Source of the DNA: Octopus vulgaris
Taxonomy: Eukaryota
Assembly: GCA_951406725.2 (NCBI GenBank)
Contig: OX597832.1
Location: 53,816,001-53,880,000 of the forward strand
Direction of reading: 5' to 3'
DNA: 64,000 nucleotides
Below are positions 52,301 to 64,000 of the stretch, piece by piece (the stretch's first letter is position 1; each line of letters opens with the position of its first letter). A model generated the notes under the pieces. The model was given only the letters and a program-made list of their open reading frames with translations. It was not told where the DNA came from and searched no databases. The translations under genes were made by a program, and so were the position numbers.

Positions 52301-52960
52301 AAATCCACTCACAAGGCATTCGTCGGCCCGAGGCTATAGCAGAAGACACTTGCCCAAGGTGCCACGCAGTGGGACTGAACCCCGGGACCGTGTGGTTGGT
52401 TAGCAAGCTACTTACCACACAGCCACTCCTGGATAATGTTTTTTTTTTTTTTTTTTTTTTTTGTAGCGAAACTTTTCACAAATACTTTTTAGATGGTGTA
52501 GACAAGGATTATATCGGAATTTAATGTAATAGAAAGAATAAAAAAGAAAAATGACCACACGCATACATACTAACGCACATTACCTATACATATATATCCG
52601 CAAAAAGACACTTGAAATTTTGAGAAAAATTACAGGATGTACTTTAGTATGTGTACGTGCGTTCCCACCAACTTTCCTTTTTTTTTCTTCTTTCTCGTAT
52701 TAAATACTGATAGAATCGTGATCAACATCGGCAATGGTTTTTTTTTCTTTTACTTTTACTTTTTTCAATCATTAGACTGTAGCCATATTGAGGCACCACC
52801 TTGAAGAATTTTTAGTTGAAGGAATTGGCTCCAGTCTTTTTTTTTTTTTTTTTTTAAAGTCTGGTACATATTATGTCAGTTCCTTTTGCCGAACCACTAA
52901 GTTACAAGGACATGAACAGACACAACAGTTGTCAAGCAGTTGATCTGACACACCTTCACA

Positions 52961-53045
52961 GGCGAAGGTAAAGGATATGCGCACCCGGTGTTTAGGGTTA
53001 GGGTTACGGCGAAAACCGATGGTGTGTGTATTCTTTACCTCCGCC
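52961..53045. mobile_element. Very short GG...CC MITE with an internal (TTAGGG)2
   Basis: ggcgaaggtaaagga pairs with ttctttacctccgcc. The TSD is not clear. Confidence 0.55.
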
Positions 53046-53050
53046 CATAT

Positions 53051-53089
<39 letters not shown>

Positions 53090-53297
53090 TCAAAATAAGC
53101 AACTCCGGTAATTTGGTACAATCGTTTCGTACTAGGAAACGATTGTAGTACGAAACGATAGTACCAAATTACCGGAGTCATTCTTGTTGCTTATTTTGAT
53201 TATAATCACCCCACAAATTTTTATGGATAACACCATACAAAATTCTGGTGCATCTAAATTAAGTACCATATTCATTTGAATCTAAATTTTTGCTGAG

Positions 53298-53345
<48 letters not shown>

Positions 53346-54289
53346 TTCAGACACACAACAAGCTTCTGAAATCTAAATACCAAATCCACTCACAAGGTTT
53401 TAGTTGGCTCGAGGCTATAGTAGAAGACACTTGCTCAAGGTGTCACACAGTGGGACTGAAGCTGGAACCATGTGGTTGGGAAGCAAGCTTCTTGTCATAC
53501 AACCATGCCTGTAGAAAATTTCATTAAAAAATGCCCTCTTTTTTCCTGAAAGTTATGAGGAAACAAAGTCTGTGGGTGAAGGGTACTAATGTTTGTATGC
53601 CAGATTTTGTTGTAGAATTTTTCATAGACTTACATTGTAATGTTTTCAAAAGAAAGTTTAATGATCCCAGTGTTTGATGTGATTGAAAGACTTTTTAAAT
53701 ATTGATATACAAAATAAATCGTGTTTTATCTCCTGTCTTTCTCATATTCATTTAATATGATTGTACCTCAATTTACAAATACCTCTGATCATGAATAAAT
53801 TGTGCTTTATCTCTCTCTCTCTCTTCCGACCGTGGCCGTTGCCAGCCTTGCTTGGCCCTCGTGCCGGTGGCACGTAAAAAGCACCATCCAATTGTGGCCG
53901 TTTGCCAGCCTAGTCTGGTACCTGTGTCGGTGGCACGTAAAAAGCACCCACTACACTCACAGTGGTTGGCATTAGGAAGGGCATCCAGCCGTAGAAACAC
54001 TGCCAGATCAGACTGGGCCTGGTGCAGCCTTCTGGCTTCCTAGATCCCAGTTGAACCATCCAACCCATGCTAGAATGGAAAGTGGATGCTAAATGATGAT
54101 GATATATAGTGAGAATTTACAAAAGACGAAGACTGGTGTAAACAACAAACAGATGTATTAGTTTAACGCTCAGGAAGTGAGAACGTCTTTTACGTTTCGA
54201 GCCTATGCTCTTCAACAGAAAGGAACACAGAAATAAACAGGGAGAGAAAATAGAAAAGGGTTTAGTGGATAGCAATCTATCATGGCAAT

Positions 54290-54567
54290 TGTCCCATTTG
54301 ATTATCATTTATTCTGCAGTCTTTGAAATCATTTGGAAGGAAAAAATGTGAATTCTGTAGATGAGGTCAGAACAGTATTGGAAGAATACTTTTCATCACA
54401 GACGTGAATTTTAGAAGAGGAGCCTTGCGAATCTACCAGATCGATGGAAGAACATTGTAGAAAATGGAGTATATATTTTAGATTAAAAAAAGATCTTGGT
54501 TTATCTTAATTTTGAAAAATAGAAGAAATATTAAAAAAACTGCATTATTTACGGGATGACCCAATAT
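54290..54567 (+). mobile_element. Mariner transposon 3' fragment
   Basis: Decayed DYHLF..L.NHLEGK...LANLPDRWKNIVENG, ending in the TIR-like ttacgggatgacccaata. Confidence 0.65.
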
Positions 54568-57464
54568 TTCTGTGAATTGTTAATTTGATCTGCAATGATA
54601 AGTACTTATGTAGAGCACTACATTAATTTTTTTCTGAAAAATGTCTTTTATTTCTGGATAATTCCAGTAACCCCCCATGCCTTAACCAACTTAACTGCAT
54701 GAATATTCATCAGTTCCCAACCACATGGTTTTGGTTTCAGTCCCACTGCATGACACCTTGGACAAGTATCTTCTACTATAGCAACTGAGGTTCCCTGGAA
54801 CCCTAGGGTTCTGCAAAAGGTTCTTAGAGGTTCTGCGAGAAAGTGAGAGATAAGCTAATGCTAATTTCATGATCGTAATATTACAAATTGGGGTCAATCT
54901 AATTGACTGGCCCCTACCCCCAAAATTTCAGGCCTTGTACCTAGAGTAGAAAAAAAATATTACTACATATGCACAACATATTATTGGTTATTGTAATATT
55001 ACAATATGTATAAGGCAGCGAGCTGGCAAAAATGTTAACATGCTGGGCGAAATGCTTAGCTGTATTTCGTCTGTCTTTACGTTGTGAGTTCAAATTCCAC
55101 TGAGGTTGACTTTGCCTTTCATCCTTTCGGGGTCGATAAATTAAGTACCTGTTGCATACTGGGGGCGATTTAATCCACTGGCCCCCTCCCACCAAAATTT
55201 TGGGTCTTGTGCCTAGAGTAGAAAAGAATATTGTAATATAGCATATCATCAGACCTCAAAACCTGTCGGACTAAGATATATGTTTACCACGTGAACTATG
55301 ATGAAAAAAATGTGAGAAAGATATGGCATATAATTTCATTTGTGCAGGGGTTCCTTGAGACATGTAGTTTATTTTAAGGGTTACGCAAGGATAAAAAGGT
55401 TGAGAAACACTGTATTATAGTCTTGGGCTGATGAAAACTTTGTAAATGATTTTAGTAGACGGAAGCTGAAAGAAGCTTGTGTGTGTGTGTGTGTGTCTTT
55501 TACTTGTTTCAGTCATTAGACTGTGGCCATGCTGGAGCACTGCCTTGAAGGATTTTTGTTGAATGAATCAACCCCAGTACTTATTTTAAAAGCCTGGTAC
55601 TTATTCTATTAGTCACCTTTGTGAAACTGCTAAGTTATGGGGATGTAAACACCCAAACACTGGTTGTCAAGTGGTGGCGGCGGGACAAACAGACACAAAC
55701 AAAAGATATTATATATGTATATATGAGATGGGCTTCTTTCAGTTTCCATCTACAAGTCCACTCACAAGGCTTTGGTGGCCTGAGACACTTGCCCAAGGTG
55801 CCACACAGTGGGACTGAACCCAGAACCTCGTGGTTGGGAAGCTAGCTTACCATAAATCCATGCCATATATTTATTTTTGCTTGTTTGTTCCCGCTACCTT
55901 GACAACCAGTGTTGGTTTGTTTACATCTCTGTAACTTAACGGTTTGGCTAAAGAGACTGATAGAATGTGTACCTGACTTTCGAAAAAAAAAATTGAATAC
56001 TGGGGTTGATTTGTTTAAATAAACCCTTCAAGGTGGTGCTCCAGTGTGGCCACAATCAAATGACTAAAACAAGAAGATGAATTATAAAGGTTAAATGGCT
56101 TAGTAGTGTAAAGTGTCATACACAGCCCTAACATAACAAAACAAGAATTTTAAAAAAACGTCCAAAAACATGTATTATTCACTGGTCGCCTTATTGGCAC
56201 TTGTGCCCGTGCTAGTAGGGTACCAAGAGCACCATCCAAGCGTGATCATTGTCAGAGCAGCCAACTAGCTTCCGTGCCAGTGGCACGTAAAAGGGCACCA
56301 TTCGAGCATGATCGTTACCAAAGCCGTCTTACTGGCACCTGTGCTGGTGGCATGTGTAAAAGGATTCGAGCGAGGTCATTGCCAGTACCGTCTGACTGGA
56401 CCCCGTGCCGGTGGCATGTAAAATGCACCCACTACACTCTCGGAGTGGTTGGCGTTAGGAAGGGCATCCAGCCATAGAAACTCTGCCAAATCAAGATTGG
56501 AGCCTGGTGCAACCATCTGGTTCGCCAGCCCTCAGTCAAATTGTCCAACCCATGCTAGCATGGAAAGCAGACGTTAAGCGATGATGATGATAACACAAGG
56601 CCCAGTTCTTAACAGATCTACCTAACAGTGCTTCATCCACTTGGTTAGTTGAGTGGTTGATATTAAAGTAGATTCATACTACTTCACAAACACCACTATT
56701 ACTGGTTGAGTGTTGGATTCACTTGCAGAACAACTGCTTTCTACAAAATCTTATTTTCTCATTACATAGATTGAACCAGTTTCATCTACCTTACTATATA
56801 GATTTCATTTTGGGTGAATTACCTGAGATTGTGGAAGGTTTGCCTCTTCGTTTTACATAATGTTGAATGAACTAAATACCACAGAATGTTTTGAATATTC
56901 TTTAAATTTCCACTTTAACTCATCTTTCGATTTTTTTTTTTTTTTTTTTTTTTTTTTGCATTTGCCTCTTGATGAAGCTTAAGTCGAGTAACTATGTGTT
57001 TCCTGTAAGAGAAGTAGATGTGAGACCATTTTCCTTCGTCTACACTTTGTTCACTTAAATCCTCTTCATAACACTCCCTAATTAAACTCTATGATTAGCT
57101 CTATAACATCAACATATGCAATTTTCCTTTACTCTCACTCTTAGACGATTTCTTTAGAGTTGTTAAAAATGGGGACTGAAGGAGAATTAAAAACTGAAGA
57201 TGGAGTGTTTACACCAATTCCTTACTCTCTGTGTAGTGAGAAGTTTGTTTCCCAACCACATGATTGCATGTGGCACCTTGGGAAAATGTCTTCTATAGCC
57301 TAGGGCTACCCAAACTTTCCATGCTGGCTTGGGTAGGACAGTTTGACTAAGGTCTGGCAAACCAGAAGGCTGCACCAGGCTCCAATCTGATAAACATTTA
57401 ATAATAATAGTGAAAAAAATTATCTGAAAGTCATTTCTATTAATTTTTCACACACGTATGTATG

Positions 57465-57506
<42 letters not shown>

Positions 57507-58270
57507 GTGTGTGTGTTAGTGTCTGTGTTTGTCCCTGCTCCATCCTTGACAACAGGTGTTGTTATGTTTATGTCCCCGTAACTTAGCAGTTCAATAAAAG
57601 AGACCAATAGAATAAAAAAGCAGAAATGAGTAGCAGCGTCAATTCATTTGCCTAAAAATTCTTCAAGATGGTGCTTCGCATGGTTGCAGTCTAATGACTG
57701 AAACATATAACGAAAAAGAGATTATTGCTTAATACATTGTTAATTAGTATATAGTTTTAATTTACAATAAAAATGTTAAATAGTTTAATTAATTTGTCTT
57801 TAGAATCCTGTTATTCTTTCCCACAGTTAACTAAATCAAAATGGGTCATGTTTAAACTGGCAAGGTTTTTACCCTTTAGTGTTCAGATTATTCTCTCAAA
57901 TGTGATGTTTGTTTATTTATGTTGTTTTGAATTAATCATGTATTATCTTGTAGTTTAGATAATTCAGTGATGTGATTTTTAAAGTTTTAGAATGACATGG
58001 TAGGGCTGAGGTAAGAGGCAAGCTCTGGTCAGTTTCAATATAAAACTGGTTAAATATTCTGGACGGATATGGCCGGTTTGAATGCTAAAGGGTTAAAGAT
58101 TCGACCATTGACTAACATTCTCGTAGCCCCGAACTTTGGTTAAATTTTAAAGTTTATCTTCTACAAGTAAATTCATAGCATCAAATTAAAAGTGAATTAT
58201 ATTTTATATTTGATGCCCTTACTACAGCTGAAAGCAGACTTTTATCCTTAAAAGTCCTGCTTTACCCATA

Positions 58271-58328
58271 ATGAGTGATTGGAGACCGTTTGTATATGGT
58301 GGTTTGGCATCAGTTACAGCTGAGTGCG
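58271..58328 (+). CDS. SLC25A30: Mitochondrial carrier (KMCP1/BMCP1-type), first coding exon
   Basis: MSDWRPFVYGGLASVTAEC-G|gtaag resembles the SLC25A30/SLC25A14 N-terminus (WKPFVYGGLAS..AE.G). The acceptor ctacag| at 58227 implies an upstream non-coding exon. Confidence 0.88.
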
Positions 58329-58572
58329 GTAAGTTTTGCTTTGTCTCAATAAAAATGAACCCTCATTCACACCTCCCCCCTTTCATCCTCTCACAGTCAA
58401 GATAAGTCACCTTTCTTTTTCTAATTCTTCTTCTCTGCCAGTATTTCCCAACCTATTTTCCATCACATGCCACTATAATTTTCCAGTAAAATGTATGCTT
58501 TACTGGTGATTATACTTTCCTTAAAGAAATATCCACATATCCACACTAGGGCATTAGAATAGCACTGTTCTG

Positions 58573-58983
58573 GGATCTTTTCGGTTTGAATAGCAGTTTT
58601 TTCTAGCAGTGTCATATGAAATTGTTACCCATAATTATGACCCTAGTATCGATCTATTGCATTTCAATCTGTTTTAGGGTTAGGGGTGGGGAGAAGGGTA
58701 TCTTTTTTTTCTTCAGAAATGTAAATAAACCCAATCTATTTCTTAGATGAGGAACATATTCATACGGCACAGAATGTTTTCACCTCAATGGACGTCATTG
58801 ATTGGTTGAAATTGCAGAAATTGAAGAAAAAAACAACGAATATCTTACAAACTATAGAATTTTCTCAATAAAGCCAAGAGAAAAAAATGTTTTATAAACA
58901 CATTCTACCAGTATACGAGGTTTAAAAGTGTTTAGTTACGTGGAAATTATTTTAAAAAACTGCCGGTCAAACCGAAAAGATCC
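58573..58983. mobile_element. Merlin-type MITE, family ggatcttttcgg, in the SLC25A30 intron
   Basis: Family TIRs with the 8-bp TSD ctgttctg. Confidence 0.88.
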
Positions 58984-59338
58984 CTGTTCTGTAGTAAACA
59001 GTCTTCACGCAGTATGCTTGGCTGGAGGGATTGGTTCAGCTAGGCTGAATGTAGGTGTAGTATGCTTGCTGCTTAAAAAGATTTTCACAGTTACAAGTCC
59101 CACTTGAAAAAAAAAAAAAAATGTCTGGAACCCATGCCTCACCACAATTTTCCCAGCGCCCCACCAGTGGGGCATATACCCCATGGTGGGAATCATAGCT
59201 CTATACCATACAACCTTTTTGTTAGCTACAGACTCTTTGTAAACTCCTTTTACCATCCATCATTTTTCCAGTATGCACTTGATGTACCAGACAGAGAAGG
59301 ACTGGTGTTATTTTTACTTTTAAAGTACAGTTGATGTA

Positions 59339-59691
59339 ATATATATATATGTGTGTATATATATGTGTGTGTATATATATGTGTGTGTATATATATGTGT
59401 GTGTATATATATGTGTGTGTATATATATGTGTGTGTATATATATGTGTATATATATGTGTATATATGTGTATATATGTGTATATATGTATGTGTATATAT
59501 ATATATGTGTATATATATATATATATGTGTATATATATATGTATGTGTATATATATATGTGTGTGTATATATATATATGTATGTGTATGTATATATGTGT
59601 GTGTGTATATATGTGTGTGTGTGTGTGTATATATGTGTGTGTGTGTATATGTGTGTGTGTGTATGTGTGTGTGTGTGTGTATATGTGTGTA

Positions 59692-59722
<31 letters not shown>

Positions 59723-59850
59723 GTATATATGTGTGTATGTGTGTGTGTGTATATGTGTGTGTGTGTATATATATATGTGTATATATGTGTGTGTGTGTAT
59801 ATATATATGTGTATATATGTGTGTGTGTGTATATATATGTATATATATTA
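59339..59850. repeat. (TA)n/(TG)n compound microsatellite
   Basis: Directly visible. Confidence 0.96.
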
Positions 59851-61023
59851 TATTCTTGTTGTTTAACTTCTGATCAAACTGACCACTGTAATCAAAAATG
59901 TTCCAACTGTTGCCAGACCTACTTTTTAGGGCTTAGATTTCATTATCCAATACACCCTTACTTTATTTTTTTTTTTTTAAAGACTAGGGTGAGATTTGAT
60001 GGGGGATTTGGCTGCTATTTTCATGAAGTCAAATGATCACGTAAAAGCTTGCTTGTTATCTCCTGTTTACATAACCTTGTTGAATATGTAAATTAAAAAC
60101 CTGAGAGGCACTCAGAGTATTTGCCAGGAAATTGTTATATCCTGATAAATTTTGAATAAGTTATCAGTTGAAATATGTCAAGATCACATAAGCCAAACCC
60201 ATCTTAACAGGAGTGGAGAGAGAAAGAGAGAGACAGAGAGTGTGTGTTTGTGTGTGTGTAATTTGAAATGTTTGGAGAATGAAAAAGAGGCTAATGATTT
60301 AGTTTTTATCATCGTCATTTAAGGTCCATGTTCCATTCTTATTTCTTTACTGCCCACAAGGGGGACAAACAAGGTCAGATAAACTGATTGTTGATTATAT
60401 CGACCCCAGTGCGTAACTGGCACTTATTTAATCGACCCCGAAAGGATGAAAGGCAAAGTCGACCTCGGCGGAATTTGAACTCAGAATGTAGCGGCAGACG
60501 AAATACTTATTTCTTTATTGCCCACAAGAGGCTAAACATAGAAGGGAAAACAAGGACAGACAAAGGGATTAAGTCGATTACATCGACCCTAGTGCATAAC
60601 TGGTACTTAATTTATTGACCCCGAAAGGATGAATGGCAAAGTCGACCTCGGCGGAATTTGAACTCAGAATGTAGCGGAAGATGAAATCCTGCTAAGCATT
60701 TTGCCTGGCGTGCTAACGTTTTTGCTAGCTTGCCACCCTTCATTCTGGCATGGGTCAGGTGCTTTGACAGGATCTAATGGGTCCCAGGATTGTATCATGC
60801 TCCAATGTCTGCTTTGGTATGATTTCTATGACTGTATGCCCTTTCTAATGCCAACCATTTTACAGGGTGTACTGAGTGCATGCTTTCATGCCACCAGCAC
60901 TAGCAAGGTTACCATATAGCTCACAAGACTATAAAGCCTGATATGAGGGGTGGGTGTGGCAGCTTTATACTAGGAGATGAGGAATTAAAGCAGTGGAATT
61001 AAGGCCTTTGGGGGTCTATTTAA

Positions 61024-61244
61024 CCCTTTTGTTACCAACCCGGCTGAAGCTAGCTCTGGCTTTGTAGTACAAATGTCTTGTTTTCAAAAGTTCTGAATTA
61101 AAATCTTCCACCAAACCTTAGTCACAATTTATGTTCCTAACACTAGCTTACTGATAACTAAGTTATTTTACTAAATTCTTTGTTATATTTAAAGTAATTG
61201 AAAGAAACACAGAACATCTCAAAATAAATACAATAACGAAAAGG
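61024..61244. mobile_element. piggyBac-type MITE
   Basis: TTAA|cccttttgtta...taacgaaaagg|TTAA. Confidence 0.7.
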
Positions 61245-61364
61245 TTAAGATTCTGTTAAAACTTATCTGCAATAAATTGGTTATATTTTTACAACTCACA
61301 AAATATTTTAACACTGTTTTTTTTTTTTTTTATTATTATAAAAATATAATAGGATTTATATTAT

Positions 61365-61550
61365 ACTACCCTGAAACATGTCTGACCAGCAAGGTGAAGC
61401 GGCTGACCTCCCCTGTTCGAAGGTTATAATGGACGCAGGTTCGTGTGTCATATAGCTAGCTAGAGGCGATGGCCTCTTGGAGCTGATCAGCGGCAGCTTT
61501 AGTCTTTTATTTATAGACTACCATATTAGCTTGGTGATAACTATTAATAA
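61365..61550 (+). mobile_element. Diverged relative of the Penelope-like pLTR at 13076-13932
   Basis: Aligns by eye with 13680-13870 (taccctgaaac..gtctg, ctgacctccc.tgttc.aaggttata, ggcgatggcctc.tggagct). Confidence 0.65.
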
Positions 61551-62349
61551 TAGGATTTGTTAAACATCACATGGCTATGAGGGTCCATCTGTGTAAAATT
61601 GGAACCAAAGGGGTCCATAGGAAAAAAAGTTGTTGGGAACCACTGGAGGTGGGTGGTAAGCAGGGACTTGTTGTAGAACTACAACACGGTTACTCACCTT
61701 TATAAGAACAGCTGAGTTTTCACTCCATAATTACAGAGTGAGATTGGTATGTCAGCTATAGAAAGAAAAGTGACAGAAAGATTAGCTAAACACTTTAATG
61801 GCTGAAAGAGTGTCAAAGAATTAATATGGCCTTTGTTCAATGAATGCAGTTTCTGTTAGACTGAAGTTGTCAATTTCTTTTCTTTTCTTTGTATTTTCTT
61901 TTTCTAAATCTTGTTTACTCAGTATTCCAACAGGTTTGGTGTCTTCTAGATTGATTTTACTTTCTTCTCTCCTTCACTCATTCTTCTCAACTTCCTACTA
62001 GATACATAAACCGTTAAAGATTATCTCTAATAATGTTTCACTGTCGAGCATGTCACATTCAGTGGTAACTTTGGCTGATTAGACTTGGATTTTTTCACAA
62101 TGCCCTGTGTGAAATATTGAGTAAGATCTGACTTGTTCCTAAACTTGTATTAGTCGTTATTTCTTTCAAACTGGTGTGGGGTTAAATAAAGTTAAGATTC
62201 ATATTTTTGGCAAAGTTTCATTCAATGACATGTAGCTCATTTCTTTCACTACCTCAAGAACCATCCATTCACAACTGTTATTGCCTATGATGATGATGAT
62301 TTTGTAAAACATTAAATAATGCATTTTCGTCATTTCCTTCGAAAAATAG

Positions 62350-62497
62350 GGACATTTCCAATTGACACCACAAAAACACGTCTTCAGGTGCAAGGGCAAG
62401 TTATTGATTCAAGGCTAACAGAATGCAAGTACCGGGGTATGTTTCATGCCTTTGTGAGAATCTTCCGCGAAGAAGGACTCTTAGCATTCTATTCAGG
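62350..62497 (+). CDS. SLC25A30: Mitochondrial carrier (KMCP1/BMCP1-type), second coding exon; the gene continues beyond the window
   Basis: ag|[17 protein letters not shown]...[23 protein letters not shown]|gtaag contains the carrier signature PxDxxKxR. The phase is compatible with exon 58271-58328. Confidence 0.92.
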
Positions 62498-62997
62498 GTA
62501 AGTAATTATCTCCATGTATATGGTCAAAACTTCTCACTGTTGCTTGTTTGGTCCTTAACATAGCTGTGGCCACAAAAGATGTATATTTTCAACATATAGC
62601 AAGATACCTGTTCCTGTCTCTTTATCATACTTTAATCCTTTAGTTTTTAAAGACCCACTCCGGTCATGACCATGGGATTGAACCTAGAAAGTTATCCTCT
62701 AAGGCGCAAGTCCAGGCAAGGTTGTTTATGGAAGACCAGCAGTCGCCCATGCATACCAGCCTCTCCTCTCCATGCCTCCAATGTTATTCAAGGGAAAGGC
62801 AAAACTCAATATAGTTTGGCACCAGTGATGCCGCAACTCATTTGTACAGTTTAGTGAATTGGAGCAATGTAAAATGAATTGTCTTGTTCAAGAACACAAC
62901 AAACAACCCGATCCAGGAATTGAACTTGCTACCTCATGATTGTGGGCCCAATGCTCTAACCACTGAGCCATGCACCTTTAATATTTAATCCAGCTAT

Positions 62998-63390
62998 AGG
63001 AGTGGCTGTGTGGTAAGTAGCTTGCTTACCAACCACATGGTTCTGGGTTCAGTCTCACTGCGTGGCACCTTGGGCAAGTGTCTTCTGCTATAGCTTCGGG
63101 CCGACCAAAGCCTTGTGAGTGGATTTGGTAGACGGAAACTGAAAGAAGCCCATCGTATATATGTATATATATATATGTATGTGTTTGTGTATTTGTGTTT
63201 GTCCCCCCAACATTGCTTGACAACTGATGCTGGTGTGTTTAGGTCCCCGTAACTTAGCAGTTCGGCAAAAGAGACCGATAGAATAAGTACTAGGCTTACA
63301 AAGAATAAGTCCTGGGGTAGATTTGCTTGACTAAAGGTGGTGCTTCAGCATGGCCACAGTCACATGACTGAAACAAGTAAAAGAGAGTAA
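62998..63390 (+). mobile_element. SINE family B
   Basis: ggagtggctgtgtggtaag...gggttcagtc.cactg...accttgggcaagtg, plus the body shared with other copies. Confidence 0.8.
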
Positions 63391-64000
63391 GAGTAACCCA
63401 AATATTCTACCATGTTTTATGTTAGAACTGACCTGGTCCAACCTCTCACACCTACCCTACAATGACATTCTAAAAATTATATACAAACTCACCATTGAAA
63501 TCTCTAACACTATAAACAACACATAATTCAAAACAAGGTGAATAAATAAGCAATACAATTGACAAAGAAATCTGAATGCTAAAAGTTCAACCTTTCATCA
63601 TCTGGTACAAAGCTACTTCTCTCAAGATTCACCTCAGTTGAGACAGGGGCCTTGTCTTGCAAGTTACTTGGTGACCTCACCGGTGCTGGTGCCACATAAA
63701 AAGCAACCAGCATACGCTGTAAAGTTGCTGGCATTAGGAACATCACTCAGCCACATAAATCATATCAAAGCAGACAATGAAGATTGGTGCGATTCTCTAG
63801 CTTGCCAGCTTCTCTTGAATTGTCCAACCCATGCCAGCATTGAAAACAGATGTTGAATGATGGTGATATGTAATCCTGACATGCTTGAGTTAGTAGTTGT
63901 TTTCAACTCTAGGCCATCCCTCATTCAGCAGGCATATAGTCACAAGTATTGACGAAAGACCGAGATCTCTGGAGATATGCTGTGACTGTGAAGACCCGAC

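Overview
AT-rich, repeat-dense animal genomic DNA. The SINE, LINE and (TA)n landscape resembles a coleoid cephalopod such as Octopus; this is inferred, not tested. Host genes: (1) an intact clade-B-like intracellular serpin with a single coding exon (18732..17560, -); (2) a second, divergent intact serpin (37249..36092, -) and its frameshifted inverted copy (22715..23862, +); (3) the first two coding exons of a mitochondrial carrier of the SLC25A30/SLC25A14 (KMCP1/BMCP1) type (58271..58328 and 62350..62497, +). The second serpin and its copy lie in the arms of a ~25-kb interrupted palindrome (~19.7-27.9 kb vs ~29.2-44.5 kb) with a foldback apex near 29.03 kb. There is also an open Merlin/IS1595-type transposase ORF that lacks catalytic residues. 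Mobile DNA includes: a decayed RTE-type LINE with a PHD finger inside its RT; other RTE, CR1 and mariner fragments; many GG...CC MITEs with 8-bp TSDs, one of which has captured part of the SLC25A30 coding exon; non-autonomous Helitrons; piggyBac- and Tc1-type MITEs; a solo LTR; Penelope-like elements with minimal hammerhead ribozyme motifs; several SINE families; and micro/minisatellites. All coordinates and alignments were read by eye.
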